From: Planctomycetota bacterium
GTDB taxonomy: Bacteria > Planctomycetota > MHYJ01 > WSZJ01
Length of the DNA stretch: 64,000 nt
Direction: 5' to 3'
NCBI GenBank assembly: GCA_038060895.1
Contig: JBBTCT010000009.1
Span: forward strand, 435,877 to 499,876
Notes under the pieces: model-generated
What the model was told of the DNA's origin: nothing
Databases searched by the model: none
The model's input: the letters and a program-made list of their open reading frames with translations, nothing else
Shown: in pieces, positions 19,570 to 27,678 of the stretch
How the letters are laid out: each line of letters starts with the position of its first letter
Position numbering within the stretch: the first letter of the stretch is position 1
Translations under genes and position numbers: made by a program

Positions 19570-20100
19570 ATGATTCCCGTCATTCCGCTTCGCCGTCCTT
19601 CGACGAAGCTCTCCACGCATCCGGGCCGGGGCGCACGCCACCGCGGCTTCACGTTGATCGAACTCGCGGTCGTCATCGCAATTCTCGTCTTCCTCATTTC
19701 CGGCCTCGGCGCCGTCTGCGCCGGCATGAGGGGCTCTTCCAGGGTCGAGTCAACCCGCTCCCTGATTCGTGCGCTCGACTCCGCCTGCGACTCCTACCGC
19801 AGCAAGCTCGGCTCCTACCCTGGTTTCCCTCGCGCCACCTCAGACACGACCGTTCTCCACCGGGCACTCTGTGTTCCCCTTCCCGCATCCGGCACCAACC
19901 GCCTCATCGGGCCGTTCATCGAGCTGCCGTCCAGCCGTCTCTCCTGCGCCCCGCAGATCCACGACGACTGGGGATGGCCCATCCGCTACTCGCTGCCGGG
20001 CGCGCTTCACGGCCGCGGCGCCGACAACTCGCGCCGCTTCGACCTCGACGCCACCAGCACGGAAGGCGGCGTCATCGGGAACTGGCCGGAAGCGCGCTGA
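19570..20100 (+). CDS. Prepilin/pseudopilin (GspG-like; paralog of 23032 and 25736)
   Basis: G|FTLIELAVVIAIL; DDWGWPIRYSLPG...SRRFDL...IGNWP. Confidence 0.8.
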   Translation: MIPVIPLRRPSTKLSTHPGRGARHRGFTLIELAVVIAILVFLISGLGAVCAGMRGSSRVESTRSLIRALDSACDSYRSKLGSYPGFPRATSDTTVLHRALCVPLPASGTNRLIGPFIELPSSRLSCAPQIHDDWGWPIRYSLPGALHGRGADNSRRFDLDATSTEGGVIGNWPEAR

Positions 20101-20124
20101 CGCCGCTTCTACTCGGAGAGAATC

Positions 20125-20913
20125 ATGAAGTCGAACCGACGTGGTTTTACGTTGATCGAACTGCTTGTCAGCGTCGCGCTCGCGTCGCTTCTTGTCACCG
20201 TCCTGGCCGTGCTCTTCTTCCGCACGACGTCGACGGTGGTCGCGGGTGAAGCGCGGATGGCGGTGTCTGAGGACGGGCGGCACGCCCTGGACCAGGTGGC
20301 GAGCGACCTCGAGAACATGCACCCGTCAACGAGCGCCGCTCAGCGCTTTCATGCGAGCGACGGTCCCGGCGACGCGACTCTTCCTGACGGGTCTGAAGCG
20401 AAGGACGCGCTGGCGATGGTGACGTCCACGATGGTGCCGGACGGTGCGGGCGGCCGGGTCCTGGCTACGGTGTTGTCGGAATACTTTCTGGCGGCGGAGA
20501 CGGACCCCGAGTTGTCGATCGCTGGTGGAACGGCGAATGCGATCCGGTCCGGCCGGCCGCTGAAGGCGCTGAAGAGGCGGACCTGGCGAATCACGAAGGA
20601 TGCGGCGCTCGGGGTCGTGAAGGGCGCGCTGCCGCTGAATCTGTCGGCGGCGACCGCGGCGGGGCTGGAGTTGATCGAAGAAAACACGCTGCACCAGTTC
20701 GTGATGTCGATGAACGTGGAGCTGTTTGAGAATCCGGCGTGGCGTGAGCTTCATGCCACGGGAAGTGCGCTGATCGCAGCGCTTCCGATCGGCGACGTCG
20801 CAGGCGAACCGGTGCTTCCACGGAAAGTTCGGATCTCTCTCCGGGTCATAGAAGGGTCCGGCGAGAACTGTGAGCGGCTTTTCCAGCGTGAATGTTGGGT
20901 TCCGGCGGAATAG
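20125..20913 (+). CDS. Prepilin (GspJ/PilW-like; paralog of 27679)
   Basis: G|FTLIELLVSVAL; C-terminus EPVLPRKVRISLRVIEG...ERLFQRECWVP. Confidence 0.85.
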   Translation: MKSNRRGFTLIELLVSVALASLLVTVLAVLFFRTTSTVVAGEARMAVSEDGRHALDQVASDLENMHPSTSAAQRFHASDGPGDATLPDGSEAKDALAMVTSTMVPDGAGGRVLATVLSEYFLAAETDPELSIAGGTANAIRSGRPLKALKRRTWRITKDAALGVVKGALPLNLSAATAAGLELIEENTLHQFVMSMNVELFENPAWRELHATGSALIAALPIGDVAGEPVLPRKVRISLRVIEGSGENCERLFQRECWVPAE

Positions 20914-20967
20914 GGGAGTGACCCAAATGGCTATTCACGCTGGACTTGAGACGCCGGTCCCGGTAAA

Positions 20968-21006
20968 GTTACCGCACGGTAACGTCAAGCATTACGGAGC
21001 GGTAAC
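20968..21006. promoter_or_regulatory. Two GTTAC-N6-GTAAC-type sites directly upstream of the regulator start
   Basis: GTTACcgcacgGTAAC at 20968-20983; ATTACggagcgGTAAC at 20991-21006; ATG at 21011. Confidence 0.6.
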
Positions 21007-21010
21007 GCCC

Positions 21011-22375
21011 ATGAGAGTGCTTCTCGCTGAAGACGAAAAGTCCATCGCCCTCACCCTCGGCGACGAACTCGAGGCTGCCGGTCACGAGGTTCTTCACAAG
21101 GCCGATGGCCTCGCCGCACTCGACTCGGCGCTCAACGGCGAGTTCGACGTCGTCATCTCGGACATCCGGATGCCTCACCTCGACGGTGAGCAGCTTCTCG
21201 CCCGGGTGAAAGAAGTGAAGCCCGACCTGCCCGTCGTCCTAATGACCGGCTTCGGGACGATGGAGTCCGTCATCAAGGCGATGCGCCTCGGCGCGTACGA
21301 CTACCTGCAGAAGCCGTTCGACACGCGCGAAGCCGTTCTGATTCTCGAACGGCTCCATCGCGAAATGGAGCTCAAGCGCCGCTGCGCCCAGCTCCAGGAA
21401 CAGCTCGAAGAAAAGTACCGCTTCGAAAACATCATCGGCACCTCGCCGAAGATGCAGTCGGTTTACCAGCTCATCAAGGCCGCCGCAGGAAATGATTTCC
21501 CCGTGCTCATCACCGGCGAAACCGGGACGGGAAAGGAACTCGTCGCACAGGCGATCCACCTGAATTCCAACCGCCGCAAGGGCGAGCTCGTGAAAGTGTC
21601 CTGCCAGAACTTCCCGGAGACGCTTCTCGAGGCGGAGCTTTTCGGCCACGAGAAGGGTGCGTTCACGGACGCGAAGGACCAGAAGATCGGACGCTTCGAG
21701 CGTGCTCACCGCGGCACCATTTTCATCGACGACATCGACGACATGCCATCGGGCGCGCAGGCAAAGATCCTGAACGTTCTCGCCGAACGCAAACTCGAGC
21801 GCCTCGGGGGAACGAAGACGATCCAGGTTGATATCCGCGTGATCACGGCGACGAAAGTCGACCTGCAGAAGCTCGTCCGCGACGGAAAGTTCCGCGACGA
21901 CCTCTTCTACCGCCTCAACGTCGTCCCGATCGACCTTCCTCCGCTGCGCGAGCGCGAAGGCGATCTCCCGTTCCTCATGAAAGAGTTCATCAAGAAATAC
22001 GCCGGCGGAAAGCACTTCACGATCTCCCCCTCCACGATGGCGGAGCTGGAGCACTACACGTGGCCGGGAAACGTCCGCGAGCTGGAAGCGGCGGTTCAGC
22101 GGGCGATTGCGCTTTCGGGTGACACGGGCGAGTTGCGTCGCGAGCACCTTGTGAGGATCACGGCAAACACGCCGAAAGAAGCGATGGTGAGGAGCGACCG
22201 GCGGCCGCTGAGGGACGTGCTGGTGGAAGCGGAGAAGGGGCACATCCTGAATGTGCTGAAGATCTGCAACAACAAGAAGGGTGAAGCGGCGGAGTTGCTG
22301 GGCATCAGCCGCAAGAATCTCTGGGAGAAGCTGAAGTCGTACGGGGTGGACGCGGGTGAGGATGCGGAGCGGTAG
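21011..22375 (+). CDS. Sigma-54-dependent response regulator (NtrC/PilR-like: REC-AAA-HTH)
   Basis: MRVLLAEDE; SDIRMP; GETGTGKE; GAFTDA; FRDDLFYRLNV; WPGNVREL; HTH LGISRKNLWEKLK. Confidence 0.95.
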   Translation: MRVLLAEDEKSIALTLGDELEAAGHEVLHKADGLAALDSALNGEFDVVISDIRMPHLDGEQLLARVKEVKPDLPVVLMTGFGTMESVIKAMRLGAYDYLQKPFDTREAVLILERLHREMELKRRCAQLQEQLEEKYRFENIIGTSPKMQSVYQLIKAAAGNDFPVLITGETGTGKELVAQAIHLNSNRRKGELVKVSCQNFPETLLEAELFGHEKGAFTDAKDQKIGRFERAHRGTIFIDDIDDMPSGAQAKILNVLAERKLERLGGTKTIQVDIRVITATKVDLQKLVRDGKFRDDLFYRLNVVPIDLPPLREREGDLPFLMKEFIKKYAGGKHFTISPSTMAELEHYTWPGNVRELEAAVQRAIALSGDTGELRREHLVRITANTPKEAMVRSDRRPLRDVLVEAEKGHILNVLKICNNKKGEAAELLGISRKNLWEKLKSYGVDAGEDAER

Positions 22376-22509
22376 GGAGGTGTCCGCGGGCGTTGAAACC
22401 GGTTCGCGCGCGGCAAAGTAGTCTCCGTATATGAAGGATCTTAACGATAAGTAAGCGTATGCGCCCTAAATAGTGACTGCCCGGGACTGAAACCCTGAAG
22501 GAGAAACCC

Positions 22510-23022
22510 ATGAGACGCGACGCTGGCCTGACGACGTTCGATCTCGTCATCATGATTTTCATTCTCGCCGTGGTCGCCTGGTTCGTCATCACCACCGGGA
22601 GCCCCGATCGCTGCCGTTCGAAACACAGCGTCGGACAGGCGACGATCCAGGACTTCAGCGTCGCCCTGAAGGCCTACGAGACCGATTTCGGCGCATATCC
22701 GCCGGACGAGCCCGGGAATTACATCACCACCGGCCGCAAGGGTTCGCTGATTGACCTCTTGTCCCGGCTGGGGCCGAAGCGGATCCCGTATTACGAATTC
22801 CGGAAGGACCAGATCGACTCGAAGGGACGGTGGGTCACGCTGTTCGGCAGTCCTTACAAGTACCGCTTGAACGCCGGTCGGCAGCCGCCTGCGACGCCGA
22901 GCCCTGAAACGATGATCAACTTCCACTCATTCGACATGTGGGCTTCGGGGTGCGGCGACGCCCCGGCCTGCGACCTGGAGACGTCCGAGCCCGCCACCAA
23001 AGCCACGATGAAAAACTGGTAG
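22510..23022 (+). CDS. Pilin-like protein, cassette A gene 1 (degenerate prepilin N-terminus)
   Basis: Colinear 170-aa paralog of 25214; N-terminus G|LTTFD instead of G|FTxxE. Confidence 0.8.
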   Translation: MRRDAGLTTFDLVIMIFILAVVAWFVITTGSPDRCRSKHSVGQATIQDFSVALKAYETDFGAYPPDEPGNYITTGRKGSLIDLLSRLGPKRIPYYEFRKDQIDSKGRWVTLFGSPYKYRLNAGRQPPATPSPETMINFHSFDMWASGCGDAPACDLETSEPATKATMKNW

Positions 23023-23031
23023 GAGAGAATC

Positions 23032-23646
23032 ATGCGCAAACACGGAAGCGGTTTCACGCTCATCGAACTTCTCGTCGTGATCGCCATCCTCGGCTTCCTC
23101 GCCGCGACGCTCGTCGTCGCCGCGGTGGGCCTGAAGCAGCGCGCGAAGATTGAGAAAACAGCCGCGCTGATAAAGCGCCTCGACACGGCGTGCGAGGCGT
23201 ACTTCACGAAGTTCCAGGACTATCCCAGCGATTTCGCCAGGCTCACCGCCGCGGACAAGCAGGCCAGCGTCACCTGGCCGACCATCGTCCCGAACGACAA
23301 GCTTCTCTTCGACTACCTGGGGCGGCCGCTCCAGGCCGCGACGAACTACAGCGCGGGAGGCGGAAAAATCGAGATGCTTTCGCCCTTTCTCGAGTTCACC
23401 ACTTCGGAAGTCTCCGGGCCCTGGACGGGCGCGAAGAGCGTGCAGATTCTCGATTCGTGGGGGAACCCGATCTGGTACGAGCTGCCCGGTTTTGCGCACG
23501 GCAGCGGCTTCCTCGACACTTCGCGCGGCCAGACCTCTTCCACGAACTCGCGCTTCGACCTGACCTCTGCCGGCGCGAACGGCACGGCGGACTCTCTGAC
23601 GGACAAGACCGACCCCAAGGACGACATCACGAACTGGAATCCCTAA
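23032..23646 (+). CDS. Prepilin, cassette A gene 2 (GspG-like)
   Basis: G|FTLIELLVVIAILG; LDSWGNPIWY; FDLTSAG; DDITNW. Confidence 0.9.
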   Translation: MRKHGSGFTLIELLVVIAILGFLAATLVVAAVGLKQRAKIEKTAALIKRLDTACEAYFTKFQDYPSDFARLTAADKQASVTWPTIVPNDKLLFDYLGRPLQAATNYSAGGGKIEMLSPFLEFTTSEVSGPWTGAKSVQILDSWGNPIWYELPGFAHGSGFLDTSRGQTSSTNSRFDLTSAGANGTADSLTDKTDPKDDITNWNP

Positions 23647-23659
23647 CGGAGGCTGACTC

Positions 23660-24283
23660 ATGCGACGCAACCAGGCCGGCTTCTCGATGATCGAAATGCT
23701 CGTGGTCATCACGATCATCCTCGTCCTCGTCACCGGCTCTATCTCGATCCTCGGGGTGTTCATGCGGGGGCAGGGACTCAAGCAGGGCGGGCGGATCGTC
23801 GGGACGCAGTTCATGAACGCGCGACAGAAGGCGTGTTCCGAAAAGTGCGTCTACTTCCTGCAGTTCGACACCGCGAAGCACGTCATGCGGCTATTCCGCG
23901 ACGCGGACCCGGACGGCCCCGCGGGACCGAAGACGTACGACCGGACGCTGCTCACCACCGGAGCCGACGCCGATGTGCAGGACGGGGACGAGCATCCGCT
24001 TCCCAACCACGTCGAGTTCGCGTGCAGCCAGCCCTGGGCGTCGGGGATTGCGGCGAAGTCGCTGACGAGCAGCACGCCGTTCGACGTCGCGGGTTCGACC
24101 TTCGCCATCGCGTTTTATCCGGACGGGAGCTGCCTGCTGCCGGTCTCCGAGATCGGATGGGATCCCGACGGGCTGAAGACGGCGGACCTGATGCTGATTC
24201 AGGAAGGCCAGTCCGGCCGCGTGTTCGTGGACATCAATCCGGCGTCGGGCAAGGTCAGGAAGCAGGCGTTTCGCACGGAGTAG
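23660..24283 (+). CDS. Prepilin, cassette A gene 3 (GspH/FimT-like)
   Basis: G|FSMIEMLVVITI; ARQKA; IAFYPDGS; INPASGKV. Confidence 0.9.
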   Translation: MRRNQAGFSMIEMLVVITIILVLVTGSISILGVFMRGQGLKQGGRIVGTQFMNARQKACSEKCVYFLQFDTAKHVMRLFRDADPDGPAGPKTYDRTLLTTGADADVQDGDEHPLPNHVEFACSQPWASGIAAKSLTSSTPFDVAGSTFAIAFYPDGSCLLPVSEIGWDPDGLKTADLMLIQEGQSGRVFVDINPASGKVRKQAFRTE

Positions 24284-24333
24284 ATCGACCGGCGTTTTCG
24301 CTGCACGGGAAGCATGCTGAAACAGGAGAGAAC

Positions 24334-24966
24334 ATGAAGCGCACTCACGGAAAGAACTCGGGATTCACGCTCATTGAAATACTGATCGCGCTGGTCATTC
24401 TCATGGTTGGAATCTGCGGAGTCCTCAGTCTTTTCCCGGTCGCGATCAAGAACGTGAGCGATTCGGTGGAAGACTCGACGGCGTCGAATCTGGCCCAGTC
24501 CCTGCATTCAGCGATGACGGAAGCGATGCGTCGGCCGGTGACGGGGGTCGTGACGGTGACGCACGACGGTTTGCCGGCGGGGACGCTGAGTTTCCCGCTT
24601 CCGGTTTCAGTCCTGGTTCCCGCGACCTATCCGGTGGCGGGGAGCGGGACGGATACGTGGCTGGAGACGTACCAGCTGGGGACGGACGTGCCGGTGGCTG
24701 CGCAAGTGGCGGACATTCGGTCGAGCGGGCTGGGCGGCGGGGATCCGACGGAGCCGACGACCCAGTATTCGTTCCAGTTTGAAGTGGTGAGGCCTGCGGA
24801 GTCCGTGATCGTGGTGGACACGGCGGGGACGATGACGAATCTGCCGCTCTACCAGTTCCGGTTCATGATCTACCGCGGGTATCGGCCGGCGGCCGTGGGG
24901 GTGGGGCAGGTGCACCCGGCGCTGGTGAAGGAGTTCACGACGCTGATTTCGGGGTCAGGAATTTAA
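24334..24966 (+). CDS. Prepilin, cassette A gene 4 (GspI/PilV-like)
   Basis: G|FTLIEILIALVILMVGICGVLSLFPVA; AGGAG RBS. Confidence 0.88.
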   Translation: MKRTHGKNSGFTLIEILIALVILMVGICGVLSLFPVAIKNVSDSVEDSTASNLAQSLHSAMTEAMRRPVTGVVTVTHDGLPAGTLSFPLPVSVLVPATYPVAGSGTDTWLETYQLGTDVPVAAQVADIRSSGLGGGDPTEPTTQYSFQFEVVRPAESVIVVDTAGTMTNLPLYQFRFMIYRGYRPAAVGVGQVHPALVKEFTTLISGSGI

Positions 24967-25009
24967 GCAAGCGGGTCAGGGGAGAGACGGTTCCGCGTTT
25001 CGAGAAGAG

Positions 25010-25044
25010 GGCACCGCCAGGTAACGCAGTAACGCCGAAGTAAC
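25010..25044. promoter_or_regulatory. Candidate tandem UAS
   Basis: GGCACcgccagGTAAC-gca-GTAACgccgaaGTAAC; right half-sites 19 bp apart. Confidence 0.5.
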
Positions 25045-25131
25045 CCCACCGTTGGTGAAGGTGCTTCAGATTTACCTGTAAAAAGAGCCAAAGTACGTGA
25101 TTCAGGGCATATGAAGAGGAAAGTCGGCTTA

Positions 25132-25147
25132 GGGCCTTGGATTTGCG
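25132..25147 (+). promoter_or_regulatory. Sigma-54 (-24/-12) promoter for pilin cassette B
   Basis: GGGCCTTGGATTTGCG (GG-N10-GC, with TTGC). Confidence 0.55.
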
Positions 25148-25213
25148 TTTCGGTATTGGCGGGCCGAAATACACCCGCTTCCACCCGGTTTTAACGAAAT
25201 TCAGGAGATCGCC

Positions 25214-25726
25214 ATGCGCCAGAGCCGTGGCTTCACGATCGTCGAACTGCTCGTCGTTGTCACCATCATCGGCATTCTGGCGGCGCTTCTTCTGCCCGCC
25301 CTGAGCGCCGCGCGCTGCCGCAGCAAGCACAGCGCGAGCCAGGCAACGGTCCAGGATTTCTCCGTCGCGCTGAAAGCGTACGAGACGGACTTCGGCCGGT
25401 ATCCCCCGGAAGAAGCCGGCAACTACGTCACTCAGCTGGCGGCCGCTTCGCTCATCAACATCATGTCCTCGAACGGACCCAAGAACATTCCTTACTACCA
25501 GTTCCGCGCGGACCAGATCAACCCCGGCAAGCAGTGGATCACTTCGCTCAGCACTCCCTACAAGTACCGGGAGAACGCGAGCAAGGTGAAGCCTGCGACG
25601 CCGAGCCCGCTGACGATGATGAATTTCTTCAGCTTCGACATGTGGGCCTGCGGGTGCGGCGATCAGCCGGCTTGCAGCCAGACGACGTCTGATCCCGCTG
25701 ACAAAGCCAACATCAAGAACTGGTAG
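25214..25726 (+). CDS. Prepilin, cassette B gene 1 (GspG/major pilin-like)
   Basis: G|FTIVELLVVVTIIGILAALLLPALSAAR; ALKAYETDFGRYPP. Confidence 0.92.
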   Translation: MRQSRGFTIVELLVVVTIIGILAALLLPALSAARCRSKHSASQATVQDFSVALKAYETDFGRYPPEEAGNYVTQLAAASLINIMSSNGPKNIPYYQFRADQINPGKQWITSLSTPYKYRENASKVKPATPSPLTMMNFFSFDMWACGCGDQPACSQTTSDPADKANIKNW

Positions 25727-25735
25727 GAGAAGCGC

Positions 25736-26356
25736 ATGCGCAGAACGAATTCAGGCTTTTCGCTGATCGAGCTCCTCGTGGTGATCGCGATTCTGGGCTT
25801 CCTGGCGGCGACGTTGACGATTGCCGCGGCGGGGCTGAAGCAGCGGTCGAACATCGAGAAGACGGCGGCCCTTGTGCGTCGCATCGACGCGGGAGTCGAG
25901 GCTTACTTCACGAAGTTCCACGACTACCCGTCGGACTACGCGAAGCTCACCGCTGCCGACAAGAAGGCCGCAAAGGTCTGGCCGACGATCAAGAGCGACA
26001 AGTACCTGTACGACTACCTGGGCAAGCCGCTGACCGTGACCGAAGGATTCGTCGCCACGGGTTCGAAGATCAAGAACCTGGAGCCGTTCTGCGAGATGAA
26101 TGCGTCCGAGATCCTCGGGCCGGACAGCGGCCCTCATACCGTCCAGGTGCTCGACGCCTGGCGTGGGCCGATCTGGTACGAGCTTCCCGGATACGCTCAC
26201 GGCACGAATTTCCCTGACCGGTCCAAGGGGGAAGTGTCTTCGACCGACTCCAAGTTCGACCTGACTTCGGCCGGACCTGACAAGGTGTGCGATTCGTTCC
26301 TGGACAAGCTTCTCCCGGATGACGACGTGACGAACTGGACCTACGACCGCAAATAG
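25736..26356 (+). CDS. Prepilin, cassette B gene 2 (GspG-like)
   Basis: G|FSLIELLVVIAILG; LDAWRGPIWY; FDLTSAGPD; DDVTNW. Confidence 0.9.
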   Translation: MRRTNSGFSLIELLVVIAILGFLAATLTIAAAGLKQRSNIEKTAALVRRIDAGVEAYFTKFHDYPSDYAKLTAADKKAAKVWPTIKSDKYLYDYLGKPLTVTEGFVATGSKIKNLEPFCEMNASEILGPDSGPHTVQVLDAWRGPIWYELPGYAHGTNFPDRSKGEVSSTDSKFDLTSAGPDKVCDSFLDKLLPDDDVTNWTYDRK

Positions 26357-26366
26357 GGGCCAAATC

Positions 26367-26987
26367 ATGCGCAAGTCGAACGGTGGCTTCTCGATGGTTG
26401 AAATGCTGGTCGTCGTGACCATCATTCTCGTGATGGTGACCGGCTCGATTTCGATCCTCGGGGTGTTCATGCGGGGCCAGGGCATCAAGCAGGCCGGTCG
26501 TGTGATCAGCGGGCAGTTCATGAACGCCCGGCAGAAGGCGAGTTCCGAAAAGTGCGTCTACTTTCTCGTGTTCGACTCGTCCAAGCAGGTGCTGCGGCTT
26601 TACAGGGACAACGACCCGGATGGACCGACCGGTCCCAAGACCTACGATCGCACGCTTGTCCTGACGGGCGTGGACAAGGATGTCCAGGAAGGTGACGAGC
26701 ACCCTCTTCCCAAGAACGTTGAAATCGGCTGCAACCAGGCCTGGGCGTCCATCTCGGCCAAGTGCATGACGAGCACGGCGCCGTTCAACGTGCCGGGGTC
26801 GTCCTTCTGGATCAGCTTTTACCCGGATGGCACATGCGTCATGCCGGCCGCCGAGAAAACGTATGACCCCGACGTGGCTCTGACCGCGGACCTGATCCTG
26901 GTTCAGAACGGTCAGACGAGCAAGCTGTACGTCGACATCAACCCGGCCTCGGGAAAAATCCGCAAGCAGGCGTTCCGTACGCAATAG
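26367..26987 (+). CDS. Prepilin, cassette B gene 3 (GspH/FimT-like)
   Basis: G|FSMVEMLVVVTI; ISFYPDGT; INPASGKI. Confidence 0.9.
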   Translation: MRKSNGGFSMVEMLVVVTIILVMVTGSISILGVFMRGQGIKQAGRVISGQFMNARQKASSEKCVYFLVFDSSKQVLRLYRDNDPDGPTGPKTYDRTLVLTGVDKDVQEGDEHPLPKNVEIGCNQAWASISAKCMTSTAPFNVPGSSFWISFYPDGTCVMPAAEKTYDPDVALTADLILVQNGQTSKLYVDINPASGKIRKQAFRTQ

Positions 26988-26996
26988 GAGACGATC

Positions 26997-27638
26997 ATGA
27001 AGCGCGTTCGCAGGCCTGATGCCGGGTTCACGCTGATCGAGATCCTCATTTCCCTCGTAATCTTGATGGTGGGGATCTGCGGCATCCTGAGCCTCTTCCC
27101 GGTTGCGATCAAGAACGTGAGCGATTCGGTGGAAGACTCCGCCGCGTCCAACCTCGCGCAGTCGCTGTATTCCTCGATGACGGAGGCGATGAGGCGGCCC
27201 GTGACGGGCGTGGTCTACCTGACGCACGACGGACTTCCCGCCGGCCTCTTCAATTTTCCTCTTCCCGTGACCGTGGGCGCGCCGGTGCTCTACCCGGCCC
27301 CCGGAGCCGGAACGGATCCGACGCTTGCGGTTTACCAGCTCGGGACGGATACCCGGACGTTGGGCCAGGTGACGGACATCCGGACGCCTCCGCCGGCATG
27401 GTCTCTTGGCGGCGATCCTTCGGAACCGACCCGGCAGTACTCGTTCCAGTTCGAAGTCAGCAAGCCGCCGGAATCCGTCATCGTCGTGGATACGGCGGGG
27501 ACGACGACCAACCTGCCTTTGTTCCAGTTCCGCTTCATCATCTACCGCAGCTACTTCACCACTGTCGTGCCGGTGGGTCAGACGCACCCCGCGCAGGTCA
27601 AGGAGTTCACGACGTTCATCGCGGGAACGGGTATCTAG
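26997..27638 (+). CDS. Prepilin, cassette B gene 4 (GspI/PilV-like)
   Basis: G|FTLIEILISLVILMVGICGILSLFPVA. Confidence 0.9.
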   Translation: MKRVRRPDAGFTLIEILISLVILMVGICGILSLFPVAIKNVSDSVEDSAASNLAQSLYSSMTEAMRRPVTGVVYLTHDGLPAGLFNFPLPVTVGAPVLYPAPGAGTDPTLAVYQLGTDTRTLGQVTDIRTPPPAWSLGGDPSEPTRQYSFQFEVSKPPESVIVVDTAGTTTNLPLFQFRFIIYRSYFTTVVPVGQTHPAQVKEFTTFIAGTGI

Positions 27639-27678
27639 GCTTCGACTCGCTTCGCCAGCCCAGGCTTCGGAGACGATC

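Larger units (their letters stand above)
22510..27638 (+). repeat. Diverged tandem duplication of a four-pilin cassette (period about 2.7 kb)
   Basis: Gene starts offset by 2704, 2704, 2707 and 2663 bp; long identical peptide blocks. Confidence 0.9.

Noticed and set aside
22400-22415. Sigma-54 promoter for cassette A (CGGTTCGCGCGCGGCA)
   Set aside because: Only the GG-N10-GC spacing matches; no TTGC and no GTAAC enhancer nearby
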